40,720 bases of DNA from an uncultured Bacteroides sp. (GTDB lineage Bacteria; Bacteroidota; Bacteroidia; Bacteroidales; SM23-62). The position numbers and the translations under genes are program-made. Shown piece by piece: positions 1 to 8,410 of the stretch. Where the stretch lies: positions 1 through 40,720 of the forward strand of contig CAZRHW010000001.1 of assembly GCA_964599785.1 (NCBI GenBank), written 5' to 3'. Position 1 is the first letter of the stretch; every line of letters starts with the position of its first letter. The notes beneath the pieces were generated by a model. The model was given only the letters and a program-made list of their open reading frames with translations, did no database searches and was not told where the DNA came from.

Positions 1-103
1 CCATCTAAGAAATCCCTCCTGTTTTCATTTACCAGGCTTCCTAATACTATTTAAAATCGATAAAACAGCTTGGCCAAAAATGGAAATAACCAAGGAGGAA
101 AAT

Positions 104-514
104 ATGAACAGAATGGACAACTGGATTGAATCACGGCTGATGAACGCTAAAAAAAATAAGAGTGCGGTCAGCACAAAGGATTTGATCGCGGAGATCATCG
201 GGATATTTAACTTGAAGACAAATCGGCAGTCAATAAGGAACTTGAAAGAAAAAATCAAAACCATACGAAATCGAGTGAACAAAAAATTCGCCAGGCGGAA
301 ACAAACATTCGAACGATATGCCCGGAAATTGTTCGTGCCGACCGAGATGATACAGCGGTGGGTGGAGAACGGTCTGTTCCCTATTCAAAACCCAAGGAAG
401 ATCGAAAGAATAATGAAGGTCATCGAGGAGAGAGATTATTTCAGAGAGGTGCTAAGTCATCAGGAGGGAGGCTTTACAATTCCTATAAAAAAAGGAACGC
501 GACTGATAAAGTGA
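104..514 (+). CDS. Hypothetical small basic protein (136 aa from ATG 104; the ORF track starts at 80)
   Basis: Open frame 80-514. AGGAGG at 93-98 lies 5 nt upstream of ATG 104. No motif recognised. The gene is followed by a conserved hairpin. Confidence 0.55.
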   Translation: MNRMDNWIESRLMNAKKNKSAVSTKDLIAEIIGIFNLKTNRQSIRNLKEKIKTIRNRVNKKFARRKQTFERYARKLFVPTEMIQRWVENGLFPIQNPRKIERIMKVIEERDYFREVLSHQEGGFTIPIKKGTRLIK

Positions 515-534
515 CGTCACGTCATGGACACGGA

Positions 535-561
535 CCCGCAAAAAGTATTTCTTTTTGCGGG
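535..561 (+). repeat. Conserved stem-loop element, copy 1 of 3 (11-bp stem, 5-nt loop)
   Basis: CCCGCAAAAAG-TATTT-CTTTTTGCGGG, 21 nt after the stop of the 104-514 gene. There is no U-tract on either strand, so it is not a canonical intrinsic terminator. Confidence 0.7.
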
Positions 562-761
562 TATGACATCAACTCAAGGACACACTGGGCAAACATTTAA
601 CATTTTATTATGAGGGATCAGATTATCTGCTCGACCTCAGGCCTATCATCCCATCATAAGTTCCCAATCTATATGTCTAATCAATCAAGGATGTAACCCA
701 GTTCCCAAATTGTGTGAAGGTTTTAAGGCTTTAATCTCATTATATTAAGAAGTTCCTATGG

Positions 762-1673
762 TCAGCTCCATTGTTTTAAAACTGCTTGTTGTTTTTGCTT
801 TTCAGTTGTCGAACATATAAACTCGTTAACTTCATCCGCATTTTTTAAAATTATATGCTGCTCATCTGGATTCCGCTTCTCATGATCTATAGAGAACCCA
901 AACCGCTTTTTAAAGTAGAAAATAAAGGCACCTTTAACCGAAATCTTTAATTCACTGTTTACCATTCCATAATCAATCTCAATTGTCTTTTTTTTTGAAT
1001 CCTTAAGATTCGGGTGAGGTGCTATTATAAAATCTACTTGAGTATTCCAAAAAATATCATCTTCAGAAGAAATGTCTGTGGGTTTCTCTCCAGATATTTC
1101 AAGAATACGACCAAATATAAAATCTTTAAAAAGCTTCGTTTTGTGACAAAAAGCCCGAACATGCCATCTAAAACCGTCATTTCCAAACGCAGTAGGTGAA
1201 ATCCAGCGCCATACTGGATTAGGACGAGTTATTGATTGGTACTTAATATGAATCGCAATATTATTCTTAATTACTTTGACAATAGTTCTGAACACATTTG
1301 GAACAATTGAACGCTCTGGAAATGGAATAGAGTAACAAGGGGCCAATAGACTAATTGGTACAGCAGATGGATCTAATCGACCAGATGATATTTCGGATAG
1401 TTGATTCAAATAGTGCTCTGGAGAAGGATTAATCAATATTGGCTTAAACTTAGGGGATGGAAAATAGAATTTACCACTTTTATCGTATTCTAAATTTTTT
1501 GGTGCAAACTCTTGGTACATTCGTAAATCTGATGAAGCTTGAGGAACTGATATTCTGAAATGGGCCATTAGATCCTTTCGATTAATTCGCTCCTCCCAAA
1601 GGATTTTTTGTTCTATAAATTCTAATCTCCGACTTACCCCCCAAGATATACTATTTATTTTCTTAAATATCAT
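762..1673 (-). CDS. WYL-domain transcriptional regulator (wHTH-WYL-C-terminal extension; CapW/BrxR-like)
   Basis: ORF 762-1793 trimmed to ATG 1673 (MIFKKINS...). HTH-like segment: RRLEFIEQKILWEERINRKDLMAHFRISVPQASSDLRMY. WYL-type core: RWISPTAFGNDGFRWHVRAFCHKTKLFKDFIFGRI. Divergently transcribed from the Ubl operon. Confidence 0.8.
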   Translation of the reverse strand: MIFKKINSISWGVSRRLEFIEQKILWEERINRKDLMAHFRISVPQASSDLRMYQEFAPKNLEYDKSGKFYFPSPKFKPILINPSPEHYLNQLSEISSGRLDPSAVPISLLAPCYSIPFPERSIVPNVFRTIVKVIKNNIAIHIKYQSITRPNPVWRWISPTAFGNDGFRWHVRAFCHKTKLFKDFIFGRILEISGEKPTDISSEDDIFWNTQVDFIIAPHPNLKDSKKKTIEIDYGMVNSELKISVKGAFIFYFKKRFGFSIDHEKRNPDEQHIILKNADEVNEFICSTTEKQKQQAVLKQWS

Positions 1674-1722
1674 ATGGTTAACCTTATTTGCAATATTTTT
1701 CAAAATGGGTATAAAAATTATA

Positions 1723-1750
1723 TTGACATAGAAACTATACGCATTATATT
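1723..1750 (+). promoter_or_regulatory. Putative sigma70-type promoter of the Ubl-E2-JAB-E1 operon
   Basis: TTGACA (1723-1728), 16-nt spacer, TATATT (1745-1750). Lies 69 nt upstream of ATG 1819 in the 145-bp divergent intergenic region. Confidence 0.5.
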
Positions 1751-1780
1751 TAATACTATATCCGTATAATAAATATACGC
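1736..1780. promoter_or_regulatory. Candidate operator for the WYL regulator (repeated TATACGC motifs and an inverted repeat)
   Basis: TATACGC occurs at 1736-1742 and 1774-1780. Inverted repeat CGTATA-ataaa-TATACG at 1763-1779. These overlap or lie just downstream of the putative -10 element. Confidence 0.4.
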
Positions 1781-1818
1781 GATTGTAAATCAAATTTTAA
1801 AAATAAAGGGGAATTAAA

Positions 1819-2079
1819 ATGAAAAATCGTGAAAAACATGAAATTACAGTGACCGTTTATGCTCCTAGGGCAGTGGAACCTAAAGAATTTACATGGCCCA
1901 AAACTAAAAAAGTGGGGGAAGCTGCTCAAGAGGCTGCAATAGCTTTTGGCTATGAGCCTTCTTCCCCAACCTTTCAAAACGAAAACGAAGAAGTCCTCGA
2001 CAGGAACAAACCTCTAGTTGCTGAAAAGGTAAAAGATGGAGATACTCTTGAGCTGGTAGATAGCGGGGGAGGGGTTTGA
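1819..2079 (+). CDS. bilA: Ubiquitin-like (beta-grasp sized) protein with a C-terminal Gly-Gly-Gly-Val tail
   Basis: 86 aa ending ...DTLELVDSGGGV. Purine-rich RBS AAGGGGA at 1806-1812. First gene of an operon followed by E2-like, JAB and E1-like genes. Confidence 0.7.
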   Translation: MKNREKHEITVTVYAPRAVEPKEFTWPKTKKVGEAAQEAAIAFGYEPSSPTFQNENEEVLDRNKPLVAEKVKDGDTLELVDSGGGV

Positions 2080-2564
2080 ATGTAATGATTCCTGATGAGA
2101 TTACCATTCAATTAGTTGAGCATGAACTTGAAGGGGCAAGGGCATGGGGAAACCGAAAAGGCATTAGTTTTATATGGCTGCCTAAGGACCTTCTAATCCG
2201 TATAACAATGGTACAGCCTTCGACAGAAGAATCATTTTTCTTACAAGGAGATATTAAAAAATATAAGGCTGTTCCACCAGCTTGGACCTTCCGGAATTCA
2301 GATTGGTGCGGCGAATTTGAAAAAAAAAATTACCCCGCACCTTCTCAAACACCATGGGGGTCTTCTATTTTTCATGGAAAACCTGTGCTGTGTACTCCCT
2401 TCAACAGATTAGCATACGGAGAAAACAATGGACCACACAGCGATTGGGGAGGGGCAACTAATTGGTTGTCTGCTGGGGGGAACCATATAAAAGCTTATAC
2501 AATCGGCGATATGCTCCAGGCAATCCGGAGAGATTTTTTGCTAACTAAAGGGAGGATGAAATGA
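2076..2564 (+). CDS. bilB: E2-like (UBC-fold) conjugating enzyme candidate
   Basis: 162 aa. TTG 2076 overlaps the Ubl stop (TTGA); the alternative start is ATG 2085. Candidate catalytic Cys in HGKPVLCTPFNRLAY. Sits between the Ubl and JAB genes as in Bil-type operons. The fold assignment is inferred from context. Confidence 0.55.
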   Translation: MNVMIPDEITIQLVEHELEGARAWGNRKGISFIWLPKDLLIRITMVQPSTEESFFLQGDIKKYKAVPPAWTFRNSDWCGEFEKKNYPAPSQTPWGSSIFHGKPVLCTPFNRLAYGENNGPHSDWGGATNWLSAGGNHIKAYTIGDMLQAIRRDFLLTKGRMK

Positions 2565-3118
2565 TGATATCTGAAACTTGGTCTGTTCATCGAATTTCCC
2601 CGCTACCAGAAAACAAGATACGCGGCTTCTTTATAATTACCGAACCAATCATAAAAGCAACATGTGAGGCCTTAACTGATATGGCTTTACAGGGGATTAG
2701 GGATGGTGGCCATGAGGCCCTTGTTTTTTGGGCAGGTTTACAAGCAAATGAAAAAACTGTGTTTACAACAGTACTGAGACCATCCACTGAGAACTTTAAT
2801 CAAAAAGTTACAGTTAGCGAAAAGGAAGTCGGTAGATCAAGCAAACTGGCACGCAGCTATGGTCTAAGTCTTCTTGGTCAGGTTCACTCTCATCCAGGAT
2901 TTGATGCACGACATTCAGAAGGCGACGATCATATGATAACTATGCCATATGAGAATATGCTCTCAATAGTTGTTCCGAATTTTGGAATTGGCTTCAAAGA
3001 TATTTTTGGAGCAAAAATACATCAGTTTCAAAATGGAAGATGGGTGCTATGCAGTCTATCATCTATAAAGAATAATATAAGTATAGTACCGATAATGGCT
3101 CAAAGGAAAAATGAATAA
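2561..3118 (+). CDS. bilC: JAB/JAMM metallopeptidase (deubiquitinase-like)
   Basis: JAMM motif HSHPGFDARHSEGD (HxHx7Sx2D) with an upstream Glu (GGHEALVFWAG). GGAGG at 2551-2555. ATGA overlap with the E2-like stop. Confidence 0.85.
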   Translation: MMISETWSVHRISPLPENKIRGFFIITEPIIKATCEALTDMALQGIRDGGHEALVFWAGLQANEKTVFTTVLRPSTENFNQKVTVSEKEVGRSSKLARSYGLSLLGQVHSHPGFDARHSEGDDHMITMPYENMLSIVVPNFGIGFKDIFGAKIHQFQNGRWVLCSLSSIKNNISIVPIMAQRKNE

Positions 3119-4460
3119 ATACGAATTTTATAGTCTTCGCGATAGCAGGACAAATCAATATAGCAATCGGGCGTTATCTTTTAACAATCAAATTCACGTC
3201 GGTATTGATCCCGAGGTAGCGCAAACTGCTGTAGGTCAGCATATTTTGATAAGTATCTCTAACATGCTTTCCAGAGTGCATCGGCGCATAAGTTTTGATA
3301 TCCCGCCAAATATTGCCCTGAAAATAAATTCTATTTTCGAAGGGAATGATTTGCAAGAAGTTGTAATCAATGGTGCAAAAATCATTGACCCATTTATATT
3401 CTCTTCGATAGCCCCTTCGAACAATTCATCAAAATTCTCAATAGGGATAGGGCAAAATTTAGAATATAAATGTAACTGGTACATAGGGGCGTCAAACTCC
3501 ATAGCGATTTTAAGTAAAGAAGCGGTTCCAGTTTCATATGAGAATAATGGATCGATGATTGGAGGCGGCCTTGCTGCATGTTTGGGTGCCTCGGCATCAT
3601 TTAAATCTATTGCAGGAATAAAAGTAAAGCCGAGGTTAATCTCGGCATGGAACTTTTCAGAAGATCAAAATGCGGAAGCTGGTGCAACGTCTTTACCTGA
3701 GTTAAATATTGGAAATGTACTAATTATTGGTGCTGGTGCAGTAGCCTCATCTATGGTTTATTGGTTGTTTTCATTAGGTTCAGCAGGTACATGGACCATT
3801 GTCGATAAGGACACTGTAAAACTTCACAACACTAATAGGTCATTACTGTTTACACCATACCATGCTGGCTTTAGAGGTTCAAAAGTCGAATATAAGTCTT
3901 CAATATTGTCAAAATATTTGCCTAATACAACAGCTTACACACAATGGTATGATAAGATTAAAGAAGTGCAAACCAATCGTTACGATGTTGTATTAGCGCT
4001 TGCAAACGAGCGAGATGTTAGAACCCACCTGGCTCATCAAAATTATCCAATAGTTCTTCATGCGACAACAGGAAAAAACTGGCTAAGCCAAATGCATCGT
4101 CACATACCAGGGTACGATGATTGTATCGTATGCCGTATGGAGGACTTAAAGGAATTAAATTTCGAATGCTCAAATGGCGTAATTGGTCAGAAATTAGAAG
4201 GACAAAATAAAAATAATGATGCTGCTCTCCCTTTTCTTTCAGCGTCTAGTGGCTTGATGTTGGCAAGTACGTTGTATAAGCTCCAAACAGAGGCTATTTT
4301 AGATGATCCGTGTAATGACTGGCGGATAGATTTTAGTTCTGAATACAAAATGGCATCGAAAGGAAAAAGAAAGTGCAGAGCAGAATGCAACATATTATGG
4401 CCAAAAAAAATTAGAAAAAACGTGAATAAAAAAACGAAATGGGCATCGCTAGAACCATAA
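3111..4460 (+). CDS. bilD: E1-like ThiF/MoeB-family adenylating enzyme
   Basis: Rossmann loop NVLIIGAGAVASSMVYWL followed by DKDTVKLHNTNRSLLF. Cys pair CIVCRM. The start overlaps the JAB stop by 8 nt. Confidence 0.85.
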   Translation: MNKYEFYSLRDSRTNQYSNRALSFNNQIHVGIDPEVAQTAVGQHILISISNMLSRVHRRISFDIPPNIALKINSIFEGNDLQEVVINGAKIIDPFIFSSIAPSNNSSKFSIGIGQNLEYKCNWYIGASNSIAILSKEAVPVSYENNGSMIGGGLAACLGASASFKSIAGIKVKPRLISAWNFSEDQNAEAGATSLPELNIGNVLIIGAGAVASSMVYWLFSLGSAGTWTIVDKDTVKLHNTNRSLLFTPYHAGFRGSKVEYKSSILSKYLPNTTAYTQWYDKIKEVQTNRYDVVLALANERDVRTHLAHQNYPIVLHATTGKNWLSQMHRHIPGYDDCIVCRMEDLKELNFECSNGVIGQKLEGQNKNNDAALPFLSASSGLMLASTLYKLQTEAILDDPCNDWRIDFSSEYKMASKGKRKCRAECNILWPKKIRKNVNKKTKWASLEP

Positions 4461-4518
4461 ATGATTTGTTCTTAACAACAAAATAGGCGGAGAATAGTGC
4501 CTCATACGCTGTGCTATA

Positions 4519-4913
4519 ATGGATATTGATGGCACATTCGAGCCTACTCTCATTTGCGAAAAAAATTTTAGATACTTTCTGTTAGCTATAGTATCCCGGG
4601 TGAAGGATAATAAGTCGGATGAGATCCATTCATTCGCTGATATCTTTTGGCACAATTTTATCGAACTAAAAATAGCACCCCATCCCAAACTTGAAGAGAC
4701 TCAGAGGAGAATGATAAAATAGTATCACGGGATGAAAAATGGAATTGGTTCAATACAGGTAAGGTAAGGACTGCCCTATATTTTAATTTAGAAAGACGTC
4801 TAGGATTAGATGAAGGTGGTGAGTTCAGGCCACAAAACGAGCAACAAATCGTTCTTGTCATTAGGGATGAAATAAAAAAGACCGTTGATATTTACAAATC
4901 TGATAATTCATAG
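4519..4913 (+). pseudogene. Decayed 3' remnant of a second WYL-type regulator gene
   Basis: Remnant ADIFWHNFIELKIAPHPKLEETQRRMIK*YHGM matches intact-regulator DDIFWNTQVDFIIAPHPNLKDSKKKTIEIDYGM. After a frameshift, remnant VRTALYFNLERRLGLDEGGEFRPQNEQQIVLVIRDEIKKTV matches intact VKGAFIFYFKKRFGFSIDHEKRNPDEQHIILKNADEVNEFI. Lesions: in-frame TAG at 4720-4722, a 5-bp tandem duplication GTAAG/GTAAG at 4759-4768, and loss of the HTH and most of the WYL domain. Confidence 0.75.
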
Positions 4914-5010
4914 TTACGCTTTTCCGAGCGTATCATTAATGGATTCCCCAGGAAAAGGGAGAAAGGTTCGGCCTTAATTATCTATGTTGTCTAAAAAGGA
5001 GGTATGGCCT

Positions 5011-8000
5011 ATGCAAAAGAATAATGGAACTCTTTTATTCTCCGCCAGCGATTTGACAAACTTTCTGGATTGCAAACATCTCACCACGCTTGATCTTAAA
5101 AATCTGGAAGCACCATTGCCAAAAGCTGATGAAGACGCTCAAATTAAACTGATCCAGGAAAAGGGGTTCCAGCATGAAGAAAGATACCTTAATCTGCTGA
5201 TGCGTGCAGGAGTCCGTGTGGCGGACCTAAAGTCGGAAATGCGAGATTCTGACGAAGCAGTCTTGGCTACGATTGACGCGATGACGCAGGGATTTGAAAT
5301 CATTTACCAGGCATGTTTGCGCTCCGCCCCCTTTTTTGGATATGCGGACTTTCTTCGCCGGGTGGAAAGGCCCTCCAAACTTGGCAGCTTCAGTTATGAA
5401 GTGGTGGATACCAAGCTTGCAAGAAGCCCCCGGGCTAAGTACATCATTCAGCTTTGCGTTTACTCTCAAATGATAGAAAAGGTACAGGATGCTTCTCCAC
5501 GATCAATGCATTTGGTCCTGGGTGACGGTACTGAAAGGAAATTTAGGGTAGCGGAGTTCTTTCATTATTATCGACAGGTCCAATCCCGGTTTTTGAAACA
5601 TGTAAGCGGGGAATGTGAAGAGACTTATCCTGAAATGTGCGATCACTGCGTTCAATGTCATTGGCGTGATATCTGTAAAGACCAATGGGAGAAGGATGAT
5701 CATCTCTGTCGAATTGCCAATATTACCCGAGTCCAAATCGAAAAACTGAAGACCCAAGGGGTAAAAACAATGGCCCAACTGGCCAAACTGCCCCAGGGGC
5801 AGCGGGTGCAAGGAATTCAGCCTGCGACTGTAGAGAGACTTCGGGACCAAGCTAGGTTACAGAGACATAAACAGGAAACCGGAGAGGATCGCTTTAAAAT
5901 CTTACCCGTGGATCCCGATGGCATACGAGGATTTTGCCGTCTGCCGAGACCGGATGCCGGGGACATCTTTTTCGACATGGAGGGAAATCCCTTAGAAGAA
6001 AGAGGTCTTGATTATCTATTCGGGGTTCATCATCTCGAAGATGACACACCCCGATACCGACCATTCTGGGCCCACAACTCGCAGGAGGAGCAGCAGGCAT
6101 TCCAGGATTTCATCTCATTTGTCACGGAACGTCTGATAAATTATCCGCAGGCTCATATTTACCATTACGCTTCCTATGAGGAGGCTGCGTTAAAGCGACT
6201 GATGTCTCTTCATGGAACATGTGAAGCAGAGGTGGACCATCTTTTACGAACCGGGAAGCTTGTGGATTTGTACAAGGTGGTCAAAGAAGCCATTAGGATC
6301 TCCGAGCCCAGTTATTCAATCAAGAATTTGGAGATCTTCTACGCTGGCAAACGGGAAGGCGAGTTGGCTGACGGCGGAACTAGTATTGTTTATTATGAAA
6401 AATGGAAACAAACCGGTGATTCGAATTTCCTGGATGAAATCCGTTCCTATAATGAAGTCGACTGTCGGTCTTTATACCAATTAAGAAATTGGCTGTTGAC
6501 ATTTAGACCAAGGGGAATCTCTTGGTATGGAGAGCAAGCGCAAAAGCAGGTTGTGTCCGAAAAAAGCGAGAAAGTGCGTGAGCATGAAGAACGCCTCGAA
6601 AAATACAAGAGCAAACTGCTTTCCAAATTTTTAAGTGAGCGCTTATTACGTGATCCTGAGTACAACCTTCGTGAAGTCGTTTTTCAACTCCTTGATTTTT
6701 ACCGCCGCGCTGCTAAGCCGGAATGGTGGAACATGTTCGCCCGAAAGGAAATGGACGAGGAGGAGCTTTTAGATGATCCCGAGTGTATCGCTTCTCTGAA
6801 AATAGTAGGTTACCCTCAACCGGTTAAGCGGTCCTTTCTGTATACGTATAGGTTTCCAGATCAGGAATTCAAATTGAAGGCAGGTGACAGCTGCTTACGG
6901 GCTGATACTCTGGAGAGAGCTGGCACCATAGAGGAAATAGACGAAAAAGATCGTCTCCTATGCCTGAAACTCGGCAATAAAAGCAGCTTACCTGAACGCC
7001 TATCAGTCATCCCCACTGGACCCATCTCGACGGACACTTTAAAGGAAGCATTATTCCGTTTTACTGACAGTCTCATTGCTGGAGATGGACGATATCAATC
7101 AATCCTGGACTTGTTACTACGTGAGCGGCCTCGTATAAAGGAACACCGGCAAGAAAATACAATCGTACGCCCGGACCATGATCTCATTGCAGAGATAATT
7201 GACGCGGCAAATAGACTTGACAGGAGCTATCTCTTCATCCAAGGACCGCCTGGGGCGGGAAAAACTTTCACTGGCTCTCACCTGATCACGGATCTGATAA
7301 AGAAAGGCTTTCGGGTGGGAGTATCCTCAAACAGTCACAAAGCCATCAACAACTTGTTAGAGGCTATCGAGAAGCGAGCCCAGGAGGAAGGTTTCAGATT
7401 TACTGGGGTCAAGAAATCTACCTTTGGCGATCCAGACAGCTTCTTCAATGGAAAGATCATCCGTGACGAAAAAGACAAGCAGTCGGTTATCAGCTCACGG
7501 GCTAACCTGCTGGCAGGAACAGCCTGGCTTTTTTCTGATCCAGATCTTGACCAAGCACTGGATTATCTTTTTGTGGATGAGGCGGGACAGGTTTCGCTTG
7601 CAAATCTGGTTGCCATGTCTACCAGCGCCAAGAACATCATTTTACTCGGCGATCAAATGCAACTCCAACAACCCATACAAGGTATACACCCGGGACACTC
7701 CGGAGAATCTGCATTGGACTACATGCTTCAGGGGGAGGCGACCATCTCTGAGGATCGAGGGGTGTTCCTACCGGTCACGTGGCGGATGCACGAAAGCATT
7801 TGCAGATTCATTTCAGACGCGGTGTACGATGGCAAACTGAAGCCGGCACATGGTAACGAAAACCAGAGTCTCGTTCTCGGACCGAATGCACACCCTACTT
7901 TGCAGAAAACCGGTATCCGATTTATTCCTGTGGATCACGAAGGGTGTTCTCAGCGAAGCGAGCAAGAAGCGAATCTGGTGAAGGAGATTTACCTTAACCT

Positions 8001-8385
8001 GCTTAAGCACTCTTATACGGATAGAGAAAGCGATCAACACCGGATGGAGGTCAAAGACATCCTTGTTGTCAGTCCTTACAACATGCAGGTAAACCTTTTA
8101 AAACAAATGCTGCCAGAAGGTTCCCGCGTGGGTACAGTTGACAAGTTCCAGGGCCAGGAAGCGCAGGTGGTTATCTTTTCCATGGCCACATCGAGCGGTG
8201 AAGACCTCCCAAGACACCTGGGATTTCTATTCAGCAAGAACAGGCTGAATGTCGCCCTGTCGCGCGCAAGGTGTCTTGCCATACTCGTAGCCAATCCCAA
8301 ACTCCTGACCATCAACTGTAACACTGTGGAACAGATGGGACTTGTAAATACGCTCTGCTGGGTGGAGGCGTACTCGAATGTCTGA
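5011..8385 (+). CDS. Fusion protein: RecB/Cas4-like PD-(D/E)xK nuclease, RNase H-like exonuclease domain (TM0106-type) and SF1 DNA2/Upf1-like helicase
   Basis: AGGAGG at 4997-5002 lies 8 nt before ATG 5011 (the ORF track starts at 4984). N-terminal segments: FSASDLTNFLDCKHL, VVDTKLAR and Cys cluster CDHCVQCHWRDIC. Middle segments: IFFDMEGNP...YHYASYEEAALKRL. Helicase motifs: GPPGAGKTF (Walker A), FVDEAGQ (Walker B), VDKFQGQE, NRLNVALSRAR. Confidence 0.85.
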   Translation: MQKNNGTLLFSASDLTNFLDCKHLTTLDLKNLEAPLPKADEDAQIKLIQEKGFQHEERYLNLLMRAGVRVADLKSEMRDSDEAVLATIDAMTQGFEIIYQACLRSAPFFGYADFLRRVERPSKLGSFSYEVVDTKLARSPRAKYIIQLCVYSQMIEKVQDASPRSMHLVLGDGTERKFRVAEFFHYYRQVQSRFLKHVSGECEETYPEMCDHCVQCHWRDICKDQWEKDDHLCRIANITRVQIEKLKTQGVKTMAQLAKLPQGQRVQGIQPATVERLRDQARLQRHKQETGEDRFKILPVDPDGIRGFCRLPRPDAGDIFFDMEGNPLEERGLDYLFGVHHLEDDTPRYRPFWAHNSQEEQQAFQDFISFVTERLINYPQAHIYHYASYEEAALKRLMSLHGTCEAEVDHLLRTGKLVDLYKVVKEAIRISEPSYSIKNLEIFYAGKREGELADGGTSIVYYEKWKQTGDSNFLDEIRSYNEVDCRSLYQLRNWLLTFRPRGISWYGEQAQKQVVSEKSEKVREHEERLEKYKSKLLSKFLSERLLRDPEYNLREVVFQLLDFYRRAAKPEWWNMFARKEMDEEELLDDPECIASLKIVGYPQPVKRSFLYTYRFPDQEFKLKAGDSCLRADTLERAGTIEEIDEKDRLLCLKLGNKSSLPERLSVIPTGPISTDTLKEALFRFTDSLIAGDGRYQSILDLLLRERPRIKEHRQENTIVRPDHDLIAEIIDAANRLDRSYLFIQGPPGAGKTFTGSHLITDLIKKGFRVGVSSNSHKAINNLLEAIEKRAQEEGFRFTGVKKSTFGDPDSFFNGKIIRDEKDKQSVISSRANLLAGTAWLFSDPDLDQALDYLFVDEAGQVSLANLVAMSTSAKNIILLGDQMQLQQPIQGIHPGHSGESALDYMLQGEATISEDRGVFLPVTWRMHESICRFISDAVYDGKLKPAHGNENQSLVLGPNAHPTLQKTGIRFIPVDHEGCSQRSEQEANLVKEIYLNLLKHSYTDRESDQHRMEVKDILVVSPYNMQVNLLKQMLPEGSRVGTVDKFQGQEAQVVIFSMATSSGEDLPRHLGFLFSKNRLNVALSRARCLAILVANPKLLTINCNTVEQMGLVNTLCWVEAYSNV

Positions 8386-8390
8386 TGCCT

Positions 8391-8410
8391 TCGAATTCAA
8401 CAGAATTCGA
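8391..8410 (+). terminator. Weak terminator-like hairpin after the nuclease-helicase gene
   Basis: TCGAATTC-aaca-GAATTCGA begins 6 nt after the stop at 8385. Only a weak T-rich stretch follows (ccctttatttg). Confidence 0.3.

Larger units (their letters stand above)
1..632 (+). repeat. Copy A of a long direct repeat (small gene plus hairpin); the partner copy is at about 9341-9621
   Basis: Segments 11-160 and 489-632 align by eye with 9341-9490 and 9490-9621. Examples: gttttcatttacca..cttcctaatactatttaaaatcga, atatgaacag[a/g]atggac, and cccgcaaaaagtatttctttttgcggg. The repeat may extend left of the window. Confidence 0.8.

Noticed and set aside
535-561. The hairpin as a standard rho-independent terminator
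   Set aside because: No U-tract follows the stem on either strand. It is reported as a conserved structured repeat instead.
25-600. ORFs 25-282 (minus strand) and 358-600 (plus strand)
   Set aside because: They are antisense or out-of-frame shadows of the 104-514 gene, with no RBS and no recognisable motifs.
1674-1793. N-terminal 40-codon extension of the WYL regulator ORF (MIYNRVYLLYGY...)
   Set aside because: The sequence is low-complexity and AT-rich and overlaps the divergent promoter and operator region. The HTH begins just after the internal Met at 1673.
4984-5010. ATG 4984 as the start of the nuclease-helicase
   Set aside because: A consensus AGGAGG (4997-5002) sits inside this extension at ideal spacing for ATG 5011. 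The 9 extra codons are probably untranslated.
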